Source: Neomoorella glycerini (GTDB lineage: Bacteria; Bacillota; DSM-521; Neomoorellales; Neomoorellaceae). Taken from it: DNA of 24,000 nucleotides. Positions within the stretch are counted from its first letter, which is position 1; every line of letters begins with the position of its first letter. Shown piece by piece: positions 1 through 7,158 of the stretch. The DNA lies in NCBI RefSeq assembly GCF_009735625.1, contig NZ_CP046244.1, forward strand, positions 3,026,909 through 3,050,908. The letters run 5' to 3'. The notes under the pieces were generated by a model. That model had not been told where the DNA came from. It ran no database searches and saw nothing but the letters and a program-made list of their open reading frames with translations. The translations under genes and the position numbers were made by a program.

Positions 1-2
1 TG

Positions 3-329
3 CATCTGACCTACGGGCAAACGGCCTTTCTCTTTACCGGCGACGCCGGTACTACCGTCGAGGAGGAAATGCTGGCCGGTGGCAAGCCTCTCAAGGCTGA
101 TGTACTCAAAGTAGCCCACCACGGCTCCCGTTATTCTACCAGCACTGCTTTTCTCAAAGCTGTGGCTCCCTGGTATGCTGTTATCTCCGTAGGTAAAGGG
201 AATGATTACAGCCATCCCCATGCCCAGACCCTGCAGCGCCTGCAAAAAGCCGGGGTTAAAATCTACCGCACCGACCGTGATGGTACCATAACGGCCCTTT
301 CCGACGGCCAGAAGGTGACTATCCAATAG
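3..329 (+). CDS. MBL-fold metallo-hydrolase, ComEC/Rec2-type C-terminal domain (5' end outside window)
   Basis: Frame is open from nt 3 to the stop at 327-329. HLTYGQTAFLFTGDAG...ADVLKVAHHGSRYSTS...VISVGKGNDYSHPH...YRTDRDG matches conserved HHGS / NxYxHP / RTD motifs of ComEC-like beta-lactamase domains. Confidence 0.8.
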   Translation, partial: HLTYGQTAFLFTGDAGTTVEEEMLAGGKPLKADVLKVAHHGSRYSTSTAFLKAVAPWYAVISVGKGNDYSHPHAQTLQRLQKAGVKIYRTDRDGTITALSDGQKVTIQ

Positions 330-408
330 CATTGTACCGGCCAGGCCGGTAGCATTCCTGCTATTCTATAGCGACCTGATGCAAAGTAAAAGTGAAAGGA
401 GTAGAATA

Positions 409-624
409 ATGCCCCGCCGGGAATTGCTGGTCATTGATCGTTTTGAAGAAGACATGGCCGTAATTGAATACGGCCGCCACACCTTTACCCTGCCCCGCTC
501 CCTCCTGCCCCGGGCCGCCAAAGAGGGTGACGTGATTAAACTCGCCGTCGTCCTGGATCCAGAAGCCACTGCCCGGCGCAAAAAAGAAGTCCGCTCCCTG
601 GCGGACGATGTGTTTGAGGGGTAG
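409..624 (+). CDS. DUF3006 domain protein
   Basis: MPRRELLVIDRFEEDMAVIEYG...LPRAAKEGDVI is the typical DUF3006 pattern (xDRFEgdxAVxE...LPxxakEGDv). AAGGAG RBS lies 7 nt before ATG 409; the ORF-track start 379 has no RBS. This family commonly follows ComEC-type MBL genes. Confidence 0.75.
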   Translation: MPRRELLVIDRFEEDMAVIEYGRHTFTLPRSLLPRAAKEGDVIKLAVVLDPEATARRKKEVRSLADDVFEG

Positions 625-635
625 AGGCTTAATGC

Positions 636-1028
636 TTACCGGGCTGCATCCACAATGGCCCTGATTTTAGCGTCCACCTGTGAGGCTATTTCTTCCAGGC
701 CGGCTTCGGGATAAAATTTGGCCAGCATGGTGGGCCTGAGGGCGCTGATGTAGGTCTTACCTTCCTTGGTGTAGACGTTAATTTTACAGGGCATCATCAA
801 GCTGATCAGGACGTTTTTAGCCAGGACTTCATGGGCGTAGCGGGCATTGCAGATTTCAATGATTTTCAGTGGTTCAGAATCGTAGCCCTTGCTTTTCAGG
901 GTGGCCTGGACGTCATGGATGTGTTGGACCTTCATACCCTGGATTGCTGTAGCTTCTTCTACGGCAGCCACGGCGGCAACAAAATCTTTATCAGTTGTCA
1001 CGGTGTAGCTGATGTCTTGATAATCCAT
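636..1028 (-). CDS. DUF302 domain protein
   Basis: IIEICNARYAHEVLAKNVLISLMMPCKINVYTKEGKTYISALRP matches the DUF302 core (CNP..a...l....lLPC.v.Vye). GGAGG (1037-1041) lies 8 nt before ATG 1028; the ORF-track GTG 1046 sits inside the RBS. Confidence 0.75.
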   Translation of the reverse strand: MDYQDISYTVTTDKDFVAAVAAVEEATAIQGMKVQHIHDVQATLKSKGYDSEPLKIIEICNARYAHEVLAKNVLISLMMPCKINVYTKEGKTYISALRPTMLAKFYPEAGLEEIASQVDAKIRAIVDAAR

Positions 1029-1114
1029 GCCATATGCCTCCTTCACCTATTGGCCTGTAGTAAGGCTGGCTTTCATTGTTGGTTTTTTAGTGCTTTTCGT
1101 TTGTATTTGTTACT

Positions 1115-1143
1115 ATAATACTAACATAACAATTCGCTGTCAA
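1115..1143 (-). promoter_or_regulatory. sigma-A-type promoter for the DUF302 gene
   Basis: Read on the minus strand: TTGACA (1143-1138), 17-nt spacer, TATTAT (1120-1115). It lies about 85 nt upstream of ATG 1028 in an AT-rich intergenic region. Confidence 0.5.
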
Positions 1144-1204
1144 TATACATAGCAAATAATAATCGGACTTTAGCAGTAGATATAAGCCTTCCCGTTCAGG
1201 GCAA

Positions 1205-1232
1205 CAAAAAAGGGTACCTGCCATGTACCCTT
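1205..1232 (-). terminator. rho-independent terminator of the nfeD-SPFH operon
   Basis: Minus strand shows AAGGGTAC-7 nt loop-GTACCCTT followed by TTTTTT, about 40 nt after the SPFH stop (1275). Confidence 0.7.
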
Positions 1233-1274
1233 AGTTTACCTTTTTAAAGTAAGCTAATTTTAAGTTACCCGGCT

Positions 1275-2285
1275 TTAACCGGCCAGGGATTCTTCTTGCC
1301 CTTGCGGACAGTCTTTACCGCTACCTTTACCGCCGCCATGGCCCGGGGCCAGGAGTTCCTTGATGGCCCCCAGGGAGCCCAGGATACTGGCGGTTTCGTA
1401 GGGAATAAAAACTTTATTATGGCTGTCGGCCAGCTTCATAAGGGCTTCGATGGACTTCATGGTGAGCATCTTTTCATCCATGTCGGCTTCTTTCAGGGCC
1501 TTCATAACCAGTTCTATCCGTTTGGCTTCGGCGGCAGCCACCAGTTGAATAGCCTGGGCTTCACCCTCAGCCTTTTTAATATTGGCTACTCGCTGGGCTT
1601 CAGCCCGGAGGATCTGGGCTTCTTTCTCGGCCTCGGCCCGGAGGATCTGGGCCTGCTTTTCACCTTCGGCTTTTTTGATCTCGGCTTCCCGTTGACCTTC
1701 AGCCTGGAGGATGGCGGCCCGTTTCTCCCGTTCAGCCCTCATTTGGGCTTCCATGGCCTGGCGGATGTCAGCCGGTGGGTTGATGTTTTTCACCTCAACG
1801 CGTTCCACCCGGACACCCCACTTGTCGGTAGCCTCATCCAGTACCAACCGCAGGCGGTTGTTAATCTCATCCCGCGAGGACAGGGTCTGGTCCAGCTCCA
1901 TATTGCCGATAATATCGCGCAGGGTGGTCAGGGTCAGGTAATGCATGGCCCGCACCAGATCGGCAATCTCATAGGTAGCTTTAATGGGGTCAGTTATCTG
2001 GTAGTAAACTACCGTATCGATTTCCATGGTGACATTATCTTTAGTGATAACTGGCTGGGGCTCGGAATCCAGGACCTGGACTCTGAGATCGACAACACGG
2101 CGTACATTATCTATAAACGGGATGATAATGTTCAAGCCGGATCCACAGGTCTTGTAGTATTTCCCCAGGCGTTCAACAATGAGGACTTGAGATTGATGAA
2201 CTATCCTCACGGTCCTGGCTACCAGGGACAGAGCAAAGATAATCAGGATGAGCAGCAACAGGAAAGTAAAGATATCACCTAGCAA
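1275..2285 (-). CDS. SPFH/band-7 (stomatin/prohibitin-like) membrane protein with Ala/Glu-rich coiled-coil tail
   Basis: N-terminal TM segment, then IVHQSQVLIVERLGKY...GLNIIIPFID...ITKDNV...YYQITDP...LRDIIG...LDEATDKWGVRVERVEVKNINPP. TTG 2285 has GAGGGGG 7 nt upstream, whereas the ORF-track TTG 2303 lacks an RBS. The gene follows an NfeD gene, which is the classic pairing. Confidence 0.85.
   Translation of the reverse strand: MLGDIFTFLLLLILIIFALSLVARTVRIVHQSQVLIVERLGKYYKTCGSGLNIIIPFIDNVRRVVDLRVQVLDSEPQPVITKDNVTMEIDTVVYYQITDPIKATYEIADLVRAMHYLTLTTLRDIIGNMELDQTLSSRDEINNRLRLVLDEATDKWGVRVERVEVKNINPPADIRQAMEAQMRAEREKRAAILQAEGQREAEIKKAEGEKQAQILRAEAEKEAQILRAEAQRVANIKKAEGEAQAIQLVAAAEAKRIELVMKALKEADMDEKMLTMKSIEALMKLADSHNKVFIPYETASILGSLGAIKELLAPGHGGGKGSGKDCPQGQEESLAG
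1603..1652 (-). repeat. 33-bp internal duplication inside the SPFH coiled-coil region
   Basis: The identical 17-mer gcccggaggatctgggc occurs at 1603-1619 and 1636-1652, encoding the repeated AQILRAEA heptad-like segment. Confidence 0.7.
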
Positions 2286-2407
2286 AATATAACCCCCTCG
2301 CAAATAGTTTTACCCTGGAATTGAGCCCGGCTTCCTTTTTAGTAGGTAGCAACGTCTACTCTTGAGTCTGCGTAGAAACAATGGCCTGCAACTGTACGGT
2401 CAGTAAC

Positions 2408-2836
2408 TTATTGCACTCTTTTTACTAAAAGTGTGGCCCCTTCTACCCGGACCACCTGGACCGGCGTACCGGGTGCAAGGGTCTGGCCGTCCAAACTCCT
2501 TGCTGACCATGTTTCCCCGTTGACCTTGACCAGTACCCGGTCAACAGTGACCTCCCCGGTCACATAACCCCTTTGCCCCACCAAGGCTTCAGCGTTGGAA
2601 AGACGCCCCTGGTGGTTTAAAACAAAAGTACGCTTAAGAATTGGCTGGACAAAAACGGCCAGGATAATTGATATAACTACAAAGATACCCACCTGGTAAC
2701 TAAGAGACAACCCCAGGGCCTGGACCAGGGCCGCACCGAAGGCGCCAATGGCAAAAAGGATCAGGTAAAAGGTTAAGGAAAATATTTCGGCTACGATCAG
2801 GGCGATGGCTATGGCTACCCAGACTTGCCAGGCCAC
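2408..2836 (-). CDS. NfeD-family membrane protein (C-terminal OB-fold)
   Basis: Three hydrophobic helices are followed by LVGQRGYVTGEVTVDRVLVKVNGETWSARS...GTPVQVVRVEGATLLV, the NfeD C-terminal beta-barrel signature. GGAGG (2844-2848) lies 7 nt before GTG 2836. A TATAAT box at 2871-2876 (minus) overlaps the ORF-track ATG 2872 and argues against that start. Confidence 0.8.
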   Translation of the reverse strand: MAWQVWVAIAIALIVAEIFSLTFYLILFAIGAFGAALVQALGLSLSYQVGIFVVISIILAVFVQPILKRTFVLNHQGRLSNAEALVGQRGYVTGEVTVDRVLVKVNGETWSARSLDGQTLAPGTPVQVVRVEGATLLVKRVQ

Positions 2837-2983
2837 CTGTTCTCCTCCTTTATTAGCTCTATATACCTTCATTATACCTTATTTCCGGCAAGTGGATAGA
2901 TGTTTTTACTTAAAATTAAAGATATCTTACCGCTACCTTAATTTACTCCGTTTTCGGAACGCCGGGAAAACCCTGTCCCGGTA

Positions 2984-3796
2984 TTAGCTGCTTTTGGCCA
3001 GGGTAATGAGGCTCCTTGCTGCCTGGTAGGCTTCCAGGTAATCGGCTCCCGTGTAAGTTACGGTAGCGGCATCGAGGAACCGGCTGCGGGGCAGGATAGC
3101 TGCTGCCGCCGCCCGGGCCGGGTCGTTAAATTTAATCGTTACCGTTGCCGGGGCCGGTGCCGCAAGGGGTTGAAAGCTTTTCCTGCTGAGGGCCCGGACC
3201 AGTCCCAGGCGGATTTTTTCCCTGGCCAGCCGGGGCGGGAGCGACCTGGCGGCGTGGAAATTAACTGCTTCTTTAACAATAACGGCTTCTACTCCTTCAA
3301 GGATTTTCCTTACTTCACCGGCCAGGACCTGGTCGCCGCTCACCAGGACCACCGGGACACCGAAATAGCCGGCCAGCAGGGCATTCAGGCCCAGTTCCCC
3401 CATTTCCTGTCCATTAACCTCCAGGCGGTGGACTACGTCGCTGTAGGTGTGGGCCAGGACGCCATGGCTGCCGGCCCGGGCATGATAACCTATGAAACAG
3501 GCTACAGCAAAGCCCCTGTCTATACCCTCCATCATACCCAGTTTTTTCGGTGTGCCGCTGATGAGCTGGGCCCCGGGGTGCAGGTCTTCCGGCGGGATGT
3601 TACGCATCCTGCCGTGGGCGTCATTGACGGTTACGCTGGTAGCCCCGGCTTCAAGGGCGCCACGGATGGCGGCATTGACTTCAGCCGTCATTAGTCTCTG
3701 GGAGCGTGCGTATTCCACCCCACCTATGGTTTCCACCTGTTCCCAGGCAGTTATCCCGGCCACGCCTTCCATATCGGCGGATATGTAAACCCGCAT
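2984..3796 (-). CDS. dppA: D-aminopeptidase, peptidase family M55
   Basis: MRVYISADMEGVAG...VNDAHG...GYHARAG...GELGLNALLAGYFGVPVVLVSGD aligns along its length with B. subtilis DppA as I recall it. The family starts at M(K/R)xYxSxDMEG, so the 39-codon upstream extension in the ORF track is rejected. Confidence 0.85.
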   Translation of the reverse strand: MRVYISADMEGVAGITAWEQVETIGGVEYARSQRLMTAEVNAAIRGALEAGATSVTVNDAHGRMRNIPPEDLHPGAQLISGTPKKLGMMEGIDRGFAVACFIGYHARAGSHGVLAHTYSDVVHRLEVNGQEMGELGLNALLAGYFGVPVVLVSGDQVLAGEVRKILEGVEAVIVKEAVNFHAARSLPPRLAREKIRLGLVRALSRKSFQPLAAPAPATVTIKFNDPARAAAAAILPRSRFLDAATVTYTGADYLEAYQAARSLITLAKSS

Positions 3797-3863
3797 CCCT
3801 GCCATTCCTCCCTTATGACGGGTAAATGTCAAAAGGGCCTGACCGGCCCTAAGAACAACTCCT

Positions 3864-4166
3864 TCATGATTTATGGATATAATGGTAACCGAGTTTGGTG
3901 ATATGCTGACCAATTATTTCCAGGCTTATCTGGGGCAAATAATAGGTAATCACCACCCAGCGACGTTCGAGGACAACATTGACGCTAATTACACCCGGCA
4001 GGCTGCCCAGGGCATTACTGATTTTTTTGGCATCTTCCCCGGTACGCATGTCGCTTACAATCAGGGTCATGGTTACCTGCCGGAGCTCAGGGGTGTAACC
4101 ATAACGCAAATTTTGCCACTGTTGCCCGGCCAGAATTTCTGCGGCCCGCTGGCTGTACCAGCTCAT
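3864..4166 (-). CDS. small hypothetical protein, HMA/ferredoxin-like fold lacking the CxxC metal site
   Basis: GGAGG lies 8 nt before ATG 4166. VTMTLIVSDMRTGEDAKKISNALGSLPGVISVNVVLERRWVVITYYLPQISLEIIGQHITKLGY follows the beta-alpha-beta-beta-alpha-beta spacing of heavy-metal-associated domains, but MxCxxC is replaced by SDMRTGED. The fold call is inference. Confidence 0.6.
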   Translation of the reverse strand: MSWYSQRAAEILAGQQWQNLRYGYTPELRQVTMTLIVSDMRTGEDAKKISNALGSLPGVISVNVVLERRWVVITYYLPQISLEIIGQHITKLGYHYIHKS

Positions 4167-4235
4167 CTATTTAACCTCCTTTTACCATATTTAACTTTTA
4201 ATTGCTGATGAGCATCCTGCTCACCCGTTTTCCCC

Positions 4236-4514
4236 TCAGGGACTCAGTCGCCGGAACTCAACCCCCCTTTGCTGTAACAAATAGTCTATAAAAGAAGGTG
4301 TAATCCTTTCCGGGTCATAGATTATTTTCACCATATTGACCTGGCCCTGCTGGGGCAACTGGATCTCCTTTACCAGAGCAGCCAGGGTATAATAGACTGT
4401 TTCCCTGATGACCGGACTCTCAAGATGAGGTATGATGTAGGTAACTGCCTCCTCCCGGCAGGGTTGCAGTTTTTCCTGGCGGGCGTCAATCCACATTCTT
4501 ACCTTTGGTTCCAT
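4236..4514 (-). CDS. small hypothetical protein, possibly the same ferredoxin-like fold as the 3864-4166 product
   Basis: GGAGGTGGAAGGGA RBS precedes ATG 4514. VTYIIPHLESPVIRETVYYTLAALV...VNMVKIIYDPERITPSFIDYLLQQRGVEF resembles an HMA-type layout (xVxYDPxxIxxxxIxxxIxxxG) with no Cys pair. Confidence 0.55.
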   Translation of the reverse strand: MEPKVRMWIDARQEKLQPCREEAVTYIIPHLESPVIRETVYYTLAALVKEIQLPQQGQVNMVKIIYDPERITPSFIDYLLQQRGVEFRRLSP

Positions 4515-4646
4515 GTCCCTTCCACCTCCAGAGCCCTGCCCTATATTCTATGCATCAACTCACCTTTTGCCGCCTGTTTTTAGGTCCATTCCACCCTTCA
4601 TCAACATATGCTGTAATAAGTGATTTGATGAAATGAGGGGTGAAAG

Positions 4647-6332
4647 ATGGCTAAAGTTCTTCTGGGGGATATTATCTTAACATCATGGGAGCTTGATGCT
4701 TTCAGTAAAGCCTTGCTCCCGGTCCTGTGCCGCAGTTTAGGTGTAAGTTTCTTGGAAGATGGAGAAGAAAACTTTATCCTGGAGCCGCCCCTGGCTAATA
4801 AGACGGTTGTTTTACGCCCTCTGCCCGGCCAGGATCAAACTTTGAAGGCCCTGCTAACTACCTTAAGCCAGGAGTTGCAGGGACGGGGGTCCAATGTTTT
4901 AATTGTTCCGGCGACGGCTAGCGACGGGCAGCTTTTCCGGCTCTGGCAGACCCAGGTCCTTTTTGCCTTCTCGCAAAAGGAAACTACCGGTCCAGAAGCG
5001 GCTTTACGCTTTTTTTACGCACCCAAAAGACGTGAGGAAAGCCTGGGACTAATCGCCGCCCTGGTACAGGCCATGCTCCGTTCAGGAAGTCCTCTGAGTT
5101 ATGCCATCCCCGGAGCCTGGGAGCATTTTAAAAACTTCCATTACCGCCGCCTCTTAAATAATACAGAAGTACCATCGGTCTTAATTGAATTTTGCCAGGT
5201 TCATCTGGACCCGGAAATTATTCACAACATAACGACGTGGCTGGTTGGTGGTTTAACGTGGTATTTCCAGAAGCCCCTTAATGAAGAAACTATTTTTAAG
5301 CTGCAATCCCTGTTGCAGCGCTTCCGGGATGCCTGTTTACTACCCGGGCTACCTGAAGGAAGCAATCCCCGGGAAAGCAAGACAATACCTGGACAAGGCG
5401 AGGTTTTGGCTGCGGAAAGCCCGGCCATTACAACAAGGGAACCACAGTACCGGGTTCCCGCAACAAACCAGGAAAAGAAGGAAACTGCGCCTCCGGAAGG
5501 GGAACCGGCAACTATGACGCCGGCCGGGCCGGGAGAGAACCCTGTTAAGACCGGAGAAAAGAGGGACGCAGGAGCAGAAACCACAGGGGGCGCGGCCCGG
5601 GGAGAGACGGGGGGAAAGATAACAGAGGCAGGGGCTACAACGGATCCTGGAGAGGAAACAGAGACAGAAGCTACAACGATCCTGGATGAGGTATCTATAC
5701 GTGAGGTATCTATACCCGGCAAAAGCGAAATGCAGGTGCAGGCTGGATTGCCGGTGCAGGGTAAAGTACAGGGGCGAGGCGAGGTAGTGGAGCAAGCAAT
5801 GATATCACCCCAAAACAAGCTCCTGCCACCGGAAAGGAACGTCAACCAGGGGGCAACGGCGGCAAAGGATCCAGTTTCCAGCAGCCAGGTTTTTCCGCCG
5901 GCACCCTCCGGGAAGATCCATGATGCCCGGCAGGGTAAAGGCCGTCACCGGGGCAATCCCTTTTCCCCTCCCGGTGACGGGCCGGTGTTTATCTTTAAAC
6001 GGCCCCTGGAAGCCAGCCTTGCTCCTGCCATCTTTCCCCAGGAAGTACTGGAACGTATGGCACCGCTGCCCCTCCAGAGCACTTTTCTGACAGGAGAACA
6101 ATGGCGTAATTATCTGTCCTCTACCGGAGCGAATACGGTTATGGCCAGCCTCGCTGCCCGGCAGGCCCCTCAGCCAGGAGCAGCCAGGACAGATATGATC
6201 AGGACGGGTACGGTAACCCAGGAAACCGGAAAAAATGATAGCACTCTGGCGGAGCTCAAAAATTTGAGTGCTGCCATCCTGGCCCCGGAACAACCCGGGG
6301 AACCCCTGAACGGCGAAGCACCGTCAATTTGA
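4647..6332 (+). CDS. Amidase_3-like pseudoenzyme domain fused to a long E/T/G/P-rich disordered region
   Basis: GAGG lies 8 nt before ATG 4647. Residues ~52-205 align block by block with the genuine amidase at 17842-18567 (VVLRPLPGQ vs IGIDPGHGG; VLFAFSQKE vs LVISLHVNS; PSVLIEFCQV vs PAVLVEMGFI; LVGGLTWYF vs IFRGLAAYL), but both His Zn ligands are replaced. Residues ~235-400 are low-complexity acidic/Thr/Gly/Pro. Confidence 0.7.
   Translation: MAKVLLGDIILTSWELDAFSKALLPVLCRSLGVSFLEDGEENFILEPPLANKTVVLRPLPGQDQTLKALLTTLSQELQGRGSNVLIVPATASDGQLFRLWQTQVLFAFSQKETTGPEAALRFFYAPKRREESLGLIAALVQAMLRSGSPLSYAIPGAWEHFKNFHYRRLLNNTEVPSVLIEFCQVHLDPEIIHNITTWLVGGLTWYFQKPLNEETIFKLQSLLQRFRDACLLPGLPEGSNPRESKTIPGQGEVLAAESPAITTREPQYRVPATNQEKKETAPPEGEPATMTPAGPGENPVKTGEKRDAGAETTGGAARGETGGKITEAGATTDPGEETETEATTILDEVSIREVSIPGKSEMQVQAGLPVQGKVQGRGEVVEQAMISPQNKLLPPERNVNQGATAAKDPVSSSQVFPPAPSGKIHDARQGKGRHRGNPFSPPGDGPVFIFKRPLEASLAPAIFPQEVLERMAPLPLQSTFLTGEQWRNYLSSTGANTVMASLAARQAPQPGAARTDMIRTGTVTQETGKNDSTLAELKNLSAAILAPEQPGEPLNGEAPSI
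5688..5717 (+). repeat. 15-bp tandem duplication (EVSIR/EVSIP) within the disordered region
   Basis: gaggtatctatac occurs at 5688-5700 and again at 5703-5715. A nearby imperfect ~36-bp repeat, gctacaacg(g)atcctgga(g/t)gagg, lies at about 5633 and 5669. Confidence 0.7.
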
Positions 6333-6340
6333 CGGTGCTT
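6316..6340. terminator. perfect palindrome / putative bidirectional hairpin at a convergent gene junction
   Basis: aagcaccgtcaa-t-ttgacggtgctt has 12-nt perfectly complementary arms overlapping the TGA (6330-6332) of the 561-aa gene, 16 nt from the stop of the convergent 6356-6979 gene. There is no U-tract on either strand. Confidence 0.4.
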
Positions 6341-6355
6341 CGTACTTCCTGCCTT

Positions 6356-6979
6356 CTAGAAACACTGGGCCGGTGGCGCCGGCGGGCAGACGCCGGGAGC
6401 CACAGTGCAAGGAGCCGGCACGCAGAAGCCGTAGCTGGGCACCAGGAGCTGGACGGAAAGGATGGTCTTAATGACGACGCATACCTGGAAATCACAGGTA
6501 ACGGTGATGTTACCGACACCTACGGCCGAGACAACGCAGTTGCAGAAAAGCAAGGTGCTCTCGGAGCAATCTACGGTTACTCCTTCAGGAGCGCAGAGGG
6601 TGACTACTTTGGTAAAGGTAAAGACACGATTGGCAGTTTCAGTTGGAGCATTGGGGTTGGTCAGGGTTATTGGAACAGAGACGACAATGGTTAAAGTAGC
6701 AAAATTGCCGGTAGTTGGTACCCGGTTAATCACGCTGCAGGAAATGGTCCCATTCAGGGCACAGGGAATGGCCTGCCCGACGGTAAAAGTACCGGTGACA
6801 AACTCACCAGTGAGACCCGTTGTTACTGTTGTATCCCGGGTACGGCTTTCCACCTGGAAACAACTATCATAAACCTTGTCAACTACAATACACTCGATAC
6901 GGGTCGGGGGCGGACACCCTTCTGGCGGGCACTGGCCGGGACCAACGACTGCCTGCTTGGCGCTCACTTCTTCAGCCAT
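6356..6979 (-). CDS. cysteine-rich (16 Cys), Thr/Val-rich beta-strand protein with Pro/Cys-rich termini; family unknown
   Basis: GGAGG is upstream of ATG 6979 (11-nt spacing). The 207-aa product has no signal peptide or TM segment. N-terminus is GQCPPEGCPPPTRIECIVVDKVYDSC and C-terminus is SYGFCVPAPCTVAPGVCPPAPPAQCF. The core consists of alternating V/T strands. Confidence 0.65.
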   Translation of the reverse strand: MAEEVSAKQAVVGPGQCPPEGCPPPTRIECIVVDKVYDSCFQVESRTRDTTVTTGLTGEFVTGTFTVGQAIPCALNGTISCSVINRVPTTGNFATLTIVVSVPITLTNPNAPTETANRVFTFTKVVTLCAPEGVTVDCSESTLLFCNCVVSAVGVGNITVTCDFQVCVVIKTILSVQLLVPSYGFCVPAPCTVAPGVCPPAPPAQCF

Positions 6980-7158
6980 GTTTAGACCTACCTCCTTGGA
7001 ACAAAAATTTCTGGTTAATGCCTGGTATATAATATTGACCTCAACGGATAGATGTTACCGGGAAAACATAATTTATTCCTGACAATCAAAATTATATTTT
7101 TCCTGCCAGGACAGCATATGCATTAGTTAGGTAGCCCTGGTCCAGGGAGGTGACGGCC

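Noticed and set aside
1296-2282. 328-aa ORF on the plus strand opposite the SPFH gene
   Set aside because: It is an antisense shadow ORF. The product is low-complexity and G/F/L-rich with no recognisable domain and no RBS, while the minus-strand frame encodes a full-length SPFH protein.
3797-3913. 39-codon N-terminal extension of dppA in the ORF track, overlapping the 3864-4166 gene
   Set aside because: M55 peptidases begin at MxxYxSxDMEG. The extension has no RBS and would overlap the upstream gene by 50 nt.
5222-6293. Three minus-strand ORFs (5222-5845, 5349-5795, 5805-6293) inside the 561-aa gene
   Set aside because: Their products are S/P/C/R-rich nonsense-like sequences lying antisense to a low-complexity GC-rich coding region. 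They have no RBSs. They are best explained as stop-codon-poor shadow frames.
6329-6872. Plus-strand ORFs 6329-6694 and 6462-6872 opposite the Cys-rich gene
   Set aside because: I considered them as the possible true coding strand. They lack RBSs and overlap each other in different frames. The minus-strand frame has a GGAGG RBS and a coherent architecture (structured termini, strand-like core).
4605-7120. Shared 10-mer CATATGCTGT in both divergent intergenic regions of the orphan block (4605-4614 plus strand; 7111-7120 minus strand), loosely resembling CATA-type -10 boxes of sporulation sigma factors
   Set aside because: A single shared 10-mer among about 2 kb of intergenic sequence is expected by chance. 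The orientation and distance to the flanking genes are inconsistent between the two sites, and the match to SigE/SigK consensus is partial. It is not sufficient to call a promoter or regulon.
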